The notes under the pieces are model-generated. The model was not told the DNA's origin. It saw nothing but the letters and a program-made list of their open reading frames with translations, and did no database searches. From an uncultured Acidobacteriaceae bacterium (GTDB lineage Bacteria; Acidobacteriota; Terriglobia; Terriglobales; Acidobacteriaceae), in contig CAVOSL010000002.1 in the NCBI GenBank assembly GCA_963698865.1, positions 166,514 through 230,513 on the forward strand: a stretch of DNA of 64,000 nucleotides, given 5' to 3'. How positions within the stretch are numbered: position 1 is the first letter of the stretch; the number at the start of each line of letters is the position of its first letter. This document shows positions 56,537-64,000 of this stretch, in pieces. Both the position numbers and the translations under genes were made by a program.

Positions 56537-58931
56537 ACGAAGCCGAAACCAGAGCGGAGCACATCGATCCCGCGTTGAAGGCGGCGGGATGGGGCGTGGT
56601 CGACGGCAGCCGCGTCCGGCGCGATTACTGGATTGCGCCCGGACGGATTGAAGGGCGCATTTCGGGAGACCTCCGGCGCGCGAAACCGCTGCGCGCCGAT
56701 TACGTTCTGGAATATCGCAACACTAAACTCGCCGTCGTCGAAGCCAAGGCCTGGAACGAGGCGCTCACCGAAGGCCTGGCGCAGGCCAAGAATTACGCCG
56801 AGAAGATGGAGATTCGCTACACCTATTGCACCAACGGCCAGGGCATCTACGGCATCGACATGAAGACGGGCAAGGAAGGCACGGTGCCGGTCTATCCCAC
56901 TCCGGACGAGCTTTGGAACCGGACGTTTGCCAAGGCTAACGCATGGCGCGACCGTTTTGCCGCCGTACCCTTCGAGGACAAGGGCGGGACGCTGGGCGAC
57001 CGCTATTTCCGCGACCTGGCGATTGAGCGCGTGCTGGAGGCGATTGCGCAGGGCCGGCAGCGGATTCTGCTTACGCTGGCCACCGGGACGGGGAAGACGC
57101 TGATCGCTTTTCAGATTGCGTGGAAGCTTTTTCAGAGCCGCTGGAATTTGAGCGATTGGAAGAAAGACACGCCGCCGTCGCGCCGGCCGCGAATTCTTTT
57201 CCTGGCGGACCGGAACATTCTAGCCGACCAGGCCTATAACGCTTTTTCGTCGTTTCCGGAAGATGCGCTGGTGCGGATCGCTCCCGACAGCGTTCGCAAA
57301 AAAGGCCGGGTGCCGACCAACGGAAACATATTCTTCACGATCTTTCAGACGTTCATGAGCGGGCCCAAAGTCGATGGGGAGGATACGCCCTACTTTGGCG
57401 AGTATCCGCCAGACTTTTTCGACTTCATCGTGATCGACGAATGCCATCGCGGCGGAGCCAACGACGAGGGCAACTGGCGCGGCATCATGGATTACTTTGC
57501 GCCCGCGGTTCAGCTTGGCCTGACTGCGACTCCGCGGCGCAAGGAGAACGCCGACACCTATGAGTATTTTGGCGAGCCAGTCTATATCTACTCGCTGCGC
57601 GAGGGCATCAATGATGGCTTCCTGACGCCGTTCCGCGTGAAGCAGATTCGCCACCACGCTGGACGAATATGTCTACACGCCCGATGACTTTGTGGTGGAC
57701 GGCGACGTGCTGCCCGGCAAGCGCTACATGGAACCCGACTTCAACAAGATCATCGAGATCGAGGCGCGGGAAAAGCATCGCGTGAAACTATTCATGGAGC
57801 AGATCAACCAGAACGAAAAGACGCTGGTCTTCTGCGCCACGCAGGACCATGCGCTGGCGGTGCGCGACCTGATTAACCAGATCAAGACGAGCGCCGACCC
57901 GAATTATTGCCAGCGCGTAACCGCGAACGACGGCGAACTCGGGAACCAGCATTTGCGCGACTTTCAGGACAACGAAAAAACGATTCCCACGATTTTGACT
58001 ACGTCGCAGAAGCTCTCGACCGGCGTGGATGCCCGGAATATCCGGAACATTGTGCTGATGCGGCCCATCAATACGATGATCGAGTTCAAGCAGATTATCG
58101 GGCGCGGGACGCGACTGTACGACGGCAAAGACTACTTCACCATCTACGATTTTGTGCGCGCCTATGTGCACTTCAGCGATCCGGAATGGGATGGCGAGCC
58201 GCTGGAGCCGTCGCCGTGCGCAAAATGCAATGCTTATCCTTGCGAGTGCGACCGGCCCGCGCCGCATCCGTGCGCGGTATGCGGGCAACGGCCATGCGTG
58301 TGCCCGAAAGAGGCTTGCGAAGTTTGCGGGCAGCAGCCGTGCGTGTGCCGGAGAAAAGCGACGGTGAAGCTGGCCGACGGGAAAGAGCGCGCGATTCAGC
58401 ACATGATGGCGACGGCGTTCTGGCATCCGGATGGAACGCCGATGTCGGCGCAGCAATTCATGGAGTCGCTGTTTGGGGAGTTGCCGGAATTTTTCAAGGA
58501 TGAGGCCGAACTGCGCGCCTTGTGGAGCGTCCCTGATACGCGGAAGAAATTGCTGGAAGGGCTGGCGGAGAAGGGATTTGGACACGAACAACTGGCGGAG
58601 ATGCAGAGGATCATCAACGCGGAGAAGAGCGATCTGTTCGACGTGCTGGCCTATGTTGCCTACGCACTGCCGCCGCTAACGCGCGAGGAGCAGAGCGGTT
58701 AGGGCAAAGGCACCGATCAGCAGACAGTTCAATGCGAGGCAGCAGTCCTTCCTCAGTTTCGTTCTGGCGCACTACGTAGGCGAGGGCGTGGACGAACTGG
58801 ATCAGGAAAAACTCGCGCCGCTGCTCCGGCTCAGGTATTTCAATTCCACCTCCGACGCGATCGCCGACCTGGGAGAGCCCGAAGAAATCAGGAAGGTGTT
58901 CGTGGGCTTTCAAAAATATCTGTACCAATGA
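56533..58931 (+). CDS. hsdR: type I restriction enzyme subunit R (EcoEI-like C-terminus), split over three frames in this assembly
   Basis: MNEAETRAEHIDPALKAAGW, LATGTGKT, VIDECHRG (frame 1). ...TTLDEYVYTPDDFVVDG and helicase C-terminal blocks TSQKLSTGVDA, QIIGRGTR (frame 2, from ~57650). RAVRAKAPISRQFNARQQSFLSFVLAHYVGEGVDEL...RYFNSTSDAIADLGEPEEIRKVFVGFQKYLYQ-stop (frame 0, from ~58692). Confidence 0.88.
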
Positions 58932-59797
58932 GAGCGTCATAAAGCAGCTCACTCCTCACCTTGGTCCGTTACTTCTTTTCCATAAACGGAGCTGAGGTAT
59001 TTCAATTCCACGTCGGACGCAATTGCCGACCTGGGGGAGCCCCGAAGAAATCAGAAGGGTATTCGTGGGATCTCAAAAATACTTATACCAATGAGCGTGG
59101 ATAAGCTGCCCACCCTTCACCTTGCCCTGTCACTCCTTTCCCATAAACGGGCTGAGGTATTTCAATTCCACGTCGGACGCAATTGCCGACCTGTGGGAGC
59201 CCCGAAGAAATCAGAAGGGTATTCGTGGGATTTCAAAAATACTCTATACCAATGAGCGTGGATAAGGCTGCCCACCCTTCACCTTGCCCTGTTACTCCTT
59301 TCCCATAAACGGGCTGAGGTATTTCAATTCCACGTCGGACGCAATTGCCGACCTGGGGGAGCCCCGAAGAAATCAGAAGGGTATTCGTGGGATCTCAAAA
59401 ATACTTATACCAATGAGCGTGGATAAGCTGCCCACCCTTCACCTTGCCCTGTCACTCCTTTCCCATAAACGGGCTGAGGTATTTCAATTCCACGTCGGAC
59501 GCAATTGCCGACCTGGGGAAGCCCCGAAGAAATCAGAAGGGTATTCGTGGGATCTCAAAAATACTTATACCAATGAGCGTGGATAAGCTGCCCACCCTTC
59601 ACCTTGCCCTGTCACTCCTTTCCCATAAACGGAGCTGAGGTATTTCAATTCCACGTCGGACGCAATTGCCGACCTGGGGAAGCCCCGAAGAAATCAGAAG
59701 GGTATTCGTGGGATCTCAAAAATACTTATACCAATGAGCGTGGATAAGCTGCCCACCCTTCACCTTGCCCTGTCACTCCTTTCCCATAAAAACGGAG
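58833..59797. repeat. tandem array of 6 units of ~160-162 bp seeded by the hsdR 3' end
   Basis: aggtatttcaattcc starts at 58833, 58995, 59155, 59317, 59477 and 59638. Units 1-5 are near-identical to each other. Unit 0 is the real gene end. Confidence 0.92.
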
Positions 59798-59959
59798 ACG
59801 GGGTGATCCGCCGTTGCCTGTTTTGTAACGGTGGGCCGCGATGCTGCCTGCGGCCAAGGCTCCGAGGAAAGGAGCCCGGCCATGATGATTATAGGTTGCG
59901 AACTTACACACACTCCGCCGTCGCCCCCTCCCCCGGCCCGCCCCGCCGCGCGCTCCGCC

Positions 59960-60313
59960 TCACCCCGTCCCTCCACCTAGTGCGTACCTCCCGAAGATGC
60001 CGCAGCCGCCTTGGCTGCGCCCTCCGCAAAGGGTACGACTTCCTCGCCAACCGCCCGCATTCCACTCGACCGGCGCCGCCGGTGCTGCGCGCCCTAGTTC
60101 CATCCGCCAGTTCGCGCCGCCGTGGCTGGCCACGTAGAGCGCCAATTCCAGCCTCGTCCACACTCCCAGCTTGTCAAAGGTTGTCCGCAGATAGTTCTTC
60201 ACCACCTGCTCGCTCGTTCCGAGCACCGCGGCAATGTCCTTGTTCGTCAGACCCTGCCACACCAGCGAAGCTACTTGAATCTCTTTTCCGGTCAGTCGGT
60301 CGCGGGGGGGCAT
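59960..60313 (-). CDS. LuxR/GerE-type HTH protein (small, no receiver domain)
   Basis: ATG at 60313. LTGKEIQVASLVWQGLTNKDIAAVLGTSEQVVKNYLRTTFDKLGV. The C-terminal ~50 aa look non-native. Confidence 0.6.
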   Translation of the reverse strand: MPPRDRLTGKEIQVASLVWQGLTNKDIAAVLGTSEQVVKNYLRTTFDKLGVWTRLELALYVASHGGANWRMELGRAAPAAPVEWNAGGWRGSRTLCGGRSQGGCGIFGRYALGGGTG

Positions 60314-60534
60314 GGCTGCACCTGCTCCTTTATGAACATGGCGGTCGCAAGCTTCACTCGCTTCCGGCCTTCTTTGATGCCTGCGCGCAAAAACAACGTG
60401 CGCAGGTGCTGCTTCACGGTCCGCGGGCTGATGTTCAAATGACTCGCAATCTCCTTGTTGCTGCATCCTTGCACCAACAGATGGAGAACCTCCTCGTCCC
60501 GAGGGGTAATCTTGATTTCACTGAGATTGATCAT
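60292..60534 (-). CDS. LuxR/GerE-type HTH protein (80 aa, HTH only)
   Basis: ITPRDEEVLHLLVQGCSNKEIASHLNISPRTVKQHLRTLFLRAGI. Overlaps the next LuxR ORF by 22 nt. Confidence 0.7.
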   Translation of the reverse strand: MINLSEIKITPRDEEVLHLLVQGCSNKEIASHLNISPRTVKQHLRTLFLRAGIKEGRKRVKLATAMFIKEQVQPCPPATD

Positions 60535-60861
60535 GTCCTGTTTCGTCGGCTCCTTCCGTTCACTCTATCGGTCGCGACCCACTCCTCCTGTAGCAAGGCT
60601 TTCGCCAAACTTTCGCCCCAATAAACAAGCCTACTTTTCAGGCACATACAACATATCCACAGCTCTTGCAGTTGTTTATGAGTGCTTTTTCATGAAGCCA
60701 TTCCCAGATTGGCCTCCCATTTCAGGACAATCATGGATCCTAGGCCGCCACTAGCGCTTGGCTCGAATGGGCCATACCCCATCCTCCGGACTTGGGTTTT
60801 TCTTGCCTCGAGACCCCCAAAGTTGCACTACAATTGGGGTAGAATCCTCCCTCCGGAAGTT

Positions 60862-61758
60862 ATGCCTTCGACCCGACCCAAACTGACCCTCGACGAGGAT
60901 TCCTTTCAGGGCTTGCTGGCGGCTGCCTTCACCATCCAGCAGTACAACGAGCGGGAAGGAGGAATCGACGCCGCCCTTTCTGCCGAGTTGAATGCCACCC
61001 TGGGCGCCAGCCTTGGGGCCACGAAGAATAACGCCGGTGCGAAGTCGACCGGGGTTCGTGGAACTGATCTAGACAAGACCGCTGTTGCTGAGCCTTCCAT
61101 TGAGCTTTGTCCGCAGTGTGGCTCGCCGTTGGCGGGGGCTGGTGTTCCCTGTCGGGTCTGCGACGCGGAGGTGTTTCGTCCGGGCGAGCGCTTGCAGCGC
61201 ACCTGGGCCACGATGTGGTCGATCAGCCAGGAGCAGGGATCGCTTCCAGGACCAGGGTCGTTGCCGAAGCAAGGGCCGCCGGAACAGGCGGGCAGCGCAC
61301 ACTCTGACGCCTTATCGGCGGAGGATCTCGTTCTCCCCGAGGCGAATGAAGAGTCGCTTCGAATCCTCCCCGCGGACGTGGCCGCCGCCGTGGCCGATAC
61401 GCCCCGCCCCCGACTGAAGCTGCGCTTCCATCGCGCCGACTTGTATCTGGGGATGGCGGTGCTGGTGGCGTTCGTGGCCTTGCTGTGGCCGACGGCATCG
61501 GCGGGACGGTCCGAGTTGCGGCCATGGGAGCGGGTTTTGATCGCCATGGGGATTGCAGAGGCGCCGACCTCGGCGGCGGCGGAGGTGCAGTACAGCGGGG
61601 ATCCGAACATCAAGGTGTGGGTGGACACGCAGGCCGCCCTTTATTACTGCCCGGGGGATGAGCTCTATGGGAAGTCCTCGGGCGGCTACTACACTACCCA
61701 GCACGAGGCCCAGCTCGACCGGTTCGAGCCGGCCTTGCGGCGGGCCTGCGTCCCCTAG
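60862..61758 (+). CDS. hypothetical zinc-ribbon membrane protein
   Basis: ATG at 60862. CPQCGSPLAGAGVPCRVC ribbon and one TM helix (LYLGMAVLVAFVALLWP). Confidence 0.45.
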   Translation: MPSTRPKLTLDEDSFQGLLAAAFTIQQYNEREGGIDAALSAELNATLGASLGATKNNAGAKSTGVRGTDLDKTAVAEPSIELCPQCGSPLAGAGVPCRVCDAEVFRPGERLQRTWATMWSISQEQGSLPGPGSLPKQGPPEQAGSAHSDALSAEDLVLPEANEESLRILPADVAAAVADTPRPRLKLRFHRADLYLGMAVLVAFVALLWPTASAGRSELRPWERVLIAMGIAEAPTSAAAEVQYSGDPNIKVWVDTQAALYYCPGDELYGKSSGGYYTTQHEAQLDRFEPALRRACVP

Positions 61759-61787
61759 GCCGGTGCTTCCGGGAATGCTCCCGGCTA

Positions 61788-61822
61788 CAGAATGCTCCAC
61801 GTGGAGCATTCTGGCATATATT
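61788..61822 (+). terminator. perfect 26-nt palindrome followed by a T-run
   Basis: cagaatgctccac/gtggagcattctg (61788-61813), then gcatatattttt. Lies 30 nt after the stop at 61758. Confidence 0.5.
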
Positions 61823-61858
61823 TTTGTACGTATCGATCTGTACGTAAATTCCACTTAA

Positions 61859-62182
61859 ATGAAACGAAAGAAGCGAGTTAGCGGGACGCGGAGGGTGCGA
61901 AGCATCCGGGCGGAGGAGGGCGGGAAAGCAAAATGCTCCACGCTCAGCGAGGAACGTTTTGGGCCGGATGGCGAGGTCCTGGACGGCGGATCGGGTTCGA
62001 GGTTTCGGGAGTGGATACAGGTGAAGGGTGCCTTGAAGCAGCCGGGTAGAAGGCGGGTTAGTTTGTATCTGGATGCTGATGTGCTGGCTTTTTTCCGGGA
62101 TCAGGGCCCGCGCTACCAGCGGTTGATCAATAAGGCGCTGCGGGCGGTGATGGAAAAGGAAGCGCGCAGTTCAGGGCATTAA
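61859..62182 (+). CDS. BrnA-like (CopG/RHH) antitoxin-family protein, no adjacent toxin
   Basis: C-terminal RRVSLYLDADVLAFFRDQGPRYQRLINKALRAVM matches the BrnA pattern (I-x-L-D-x-D-V-L-x-W-F-K...YQTRIN-x-AL). Confidence 0.6.
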   Translation: MKRKKRVSGTRRVRSIRAEEGGKAKCSTLSEERFGPDGEVLDGGSGSRFREWIQVKGALKQPGRRRVSLYLDADVLAFFRDQGPRYQRLINKALRAVMEKEARSSGH

Positions 62183-62813
62183 GAGCGAAGAAAACGCGAA
62201 TCACGGGGAGCAAAAATAAATTTGATTTGTGAGGCAGCGAAAAAGTGCCAAATTCGGGATTTTTCGTGAGTTTGATGTTTACTCTCTGGTACTGAGGGCG
62301 CCTTTCTCTGATCGATTGAGATCATGGGGTTAGCGGGGAGTTCTGGTTGGTTTATTGAAAGAGAAGGAGTTAGGTCGAGTTATTGCGAAATAAGGAGTTA
62401 CTCGTTTACGGGCCGTTTTATCAGGTGGGCGCGGGCCGAATTTGTCAAGTTGACAGGGCGTGCTATGGGAGTCGAGATTTGGAAGGGACTGCGGGGAGAG
62501 CCCATCGAACCCTGACCTTGCGGCAAGAGGGAAACTGGGAAACGTTCCGCCTGCTACCAGCGGCATCGCAGACCCACCCTTGCAAAGAACGCAAGGATGG
62601 GGCACCCTCGTTTCATTATGGGAAAGGAAAACAGAGCGTGGAGGGTGGGCCACCTGTCCCCAATGAAAGTAGACTGGTATACGGATATCCAACTAACGGG
62701 TCCGAGTTTTACGGGACAGGGAAACGTCGGCGCGTACGTTGCGGGCAAACTTATTTGGACTGCGACAAGGAAAGCCACCGGCGCGCCGATAACGAATTAC
62801 TTACCGTTTACCG

Positions 62814-63383
62814 ATGCTTCCGAACGAAACACACTTTGGAATACTATGTCCACATTTAGCCATTACTCTGACATTTTTACCCCGCAGTTTATGCAACAAA
62901 ATTGCCCGAATGGCGGAGGGTTGTCTGGAGGGGGCGGTGTGGCTTTTTGAGCGAATTCCAAGGGGCTTCGTCAGTAGGAGCCTCGGTATTGGACTCGCAG
63001 TTTATGAAGGAGCATTGCGCCCCGTGACGAGATCCTCACCCACTCTCTTTCGCGGTCTTGGGTTCTTGTCCATTGCCTTCGCTGCTGTACTGTTCCTCTT
63101 GTTTCTCGCGAATCTTCGATCTAGACTGCTCTTCCATGGGCCGAATTATTCACAACTACTCTGGATGTCGATCTACTGTGGATGCATCGGCATCGGGATG
63201 ACATACCTGAAGAAGTGGGCTGTTGCGCTTTTTACGGTATCTTTGGTAGCCGTGGGTCTCTTTGTCACGGTTCGGGCGACAATTGAGACGCCGTTTCCGT
63301 GGACCTTGGTTAATCTCGCCCTGGGGATTTGTTTTTGCTTGCCCGCTGTTGCCGCTATTCGGTGCTGGAGCGAGCTTAAATGA
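62814..63383 (+). CDS. hypothetical polytopic membrane protein (possible immunity-type ORF; start uncertain)
   Basis: 3-4 TM helices (GFLSIAFAAVLFLLFLA, LLWMSIYCGCIGIGM, WAVALFTVSLVAVGLFV, LVNLALGICFCLPAVAAI). More AT-rich by eye. Confidence 0.35.
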   Translation: MLPNETHFGILCPHLAITLTFLPRSLCNKIARMAEGCLEGAVWLFERIPRGFVSRSLGIGLAVYEGALRPVTRSSPTLFRGLGFLSIAFAAVLFLLFLANLRSRLLFHGPNYSQLLWMSIYCGCIGIGMTYLKKWAVALFTVSLVAVGLFVTVRATIETPFPWTLVNLALGICFCLPAVAAIRCWSELK

Positions 63384-63410
63384 AATTATGGCCTCTCATC
63401 ACAATCTAGG

Positions 63411-64000
63411 GTGGGATACATTCGAGGGCGGCTCGGGAGCTGCGGACCCACCAACCAGGACGGCACAACTTGGGGCCAGGCGTTCGCTTACGATCCCTTC
63501 GGCAACATCACCAAGACCGTGCCGCTCTCGATGACCGGCATCTCATGGCAGCCGGGGTACAACACTCAAAACCAGTACACGCTCGGGGGCACAAGCTACG
63601 ACGGCAACGGCAATCTGACGGCGGATACTTTTAACACATACGCGTGGGATTCGGATGGCAACACGATTGGCGTCAACCTCAACGGCAGCTCTCCGGTCAA
63701 CATCACTTACGATGCGCTCGACCGGGCCGTGGAAGAGAACAACTCGGGGACTTACAAACAGATTCTGTACGGCCCAACCGGCGGCAAACTGGCGTTGATG
63801 GCGAGACAAAGCGCGTCCTCCGTTTTTGTGCCGCTGCCCGGTGGCGAGGAGGCGACTTATACCGGCTCGACGATTCGCTTCCGGCATTATGACTGGCTGG
63901 GGAGTGCGCGGTTTGAGTCGAACATGACGCAGCGGGAATACGGGGATGCAGCGTATGCTCCCTTTGGGGAGCCGTACTCGATCAAGGACACGCCGTATCT
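63411..64000 (+). CDS. RHS/YD-repeat protein fragment lacking the N-terminal region; 3' end outside window
   Basis: The frame-0 read-through contains AYDPFGNIT, SYDGNGNLT, AWDSDGNTI, TYDALDRAV, then FRHYDWLGSARFES...YAPFGEPY (RHS core-like). The frame opens only after the stop at 63381-63383. Confidence 0.7.
   Translation, partial: MGYIRGRLGSCGPTNQDGTTWGQAFAYDPFGNITKTVPLSMTGISWQPGYNTQNQYTLGGTSYDGNGNLTADTFNTYAWDSDGNTIGVNLNGSSPVNITYDALDRAVEENNSGTYKQILYGPTGGKLALMARQSASSVFVPLPGGEEATYTGSTIRFRHYDWLGSARFESNMTQREYGDAAYAPFGEPYSIKDTPY

Noticed and set aside
58833-59797. CRISPR array or diversity-generating retroelement (TR/VR) interpretation of the hsdR-derived tandem repeats (and likewise 33249-33711).
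   Set aside because: Units abut directly with no unique spacers, and 150-162 bp is far longer than CRISPR repeats. There are no cas genes and no reverse transcriptase in the window. Differences between copies are not adenine-specific.
59284-60624. ORFs 59284-59586, 59444-59638 and 59734-60624 (+).
   Set aside because: The first two are read-through of the repeat units (identical peptides ..RYFNSTSDAIADLG.PRRNQKGIRGISKILIPMSVDKLPTLHLALSLLSHKR..). The third is antisense to the two LuxR ORFs and is Arg/Pro-rich.
62383-62950. ORFs 62383-62859 and 62597-62950 as genes (possible toxin tip upstream of the membrane ORF).
   Set aside because: The region contains short dispersed motifs (cccacccttgcaaagaacgcaaggatggggcaccc, gagggtgggccacc) and has no recognisable domain, SD or RHS linkage. 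Kept only as context in the RHS finding.

Overview
High-GC bacterial chromosomal segment. Gene content and repeat style suggest Acidobacteriota (Terriglobia-like), but that is inference only. Most of the window is core metabolism and housekeeping: LemA, cmk, TonB-type proteins, several peptidases, topA-dprA, BioY, dispersed futalosine-pathway menaquinone genes (MqnA/MqnD-family, mqnA, mqnC/E-like), and a complete pentose-phosphate operon tkt / tal-pgi fusion / gnd / zwf / pgl.

Accessory islets:
- (i) 30.1-31.6 kb: MqsR/MqsA toxin-antitoxin pair with an operator-like palindrome, plus an orphan PD-(D/E)XK-like ORF.
- (ii) 47.3-49.9 kb: a B12-binding radical SAM enzyme carrying an unusual C-terminal SPASM-like cysteine cluster, followed by a 64-aa ORF with a strong Shine-Dalgarno (SD) site. 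This is the best candidate for an undescribed system (peptide maturation).
- (iii) 52.5-59.8 kb: a type I R-M locus hsdM-hsdS-(Bro-N/DinD-like)-hsdR, bounded on the left by an IS481-like HTH remnant and on the right by a six-unit ~160-bp tandem array derived from the hsdR 3' end.
- (iv) 59.9-64 kb: two overlapping LuxR-type HTH ORFs, a zinc-ribbon membrane ORF, an orphan BrnA-like ORF and a 5'-truncated RHS fragment.

The non-coding DNA is unusually structured. Degenerate 7-8-nt word arrays (GCTAGNN, NATTGAGN, AATTNGT, CGCAGAG, NNGAGGT) form long inverted arms in many intergenic regions. They occur at every junction of the PPP operon, and one pair brackets a four-helix-bundle (23S rRNA IVS-type) gene inserted between topA and dprA. 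A second tandem array (3 units of 150-163 bp) duplicates the 3' end of a GT2 glycosyltransferase gene together with such a hairpin.

Caveat: I see at least 9 apparent frameshifts in 7 genes, including essential topA. Indel errors in the assembly are therefore likely, and pseudogene calls are tentative. All homology statements rest on motifs recognised by eye, not on database searches.
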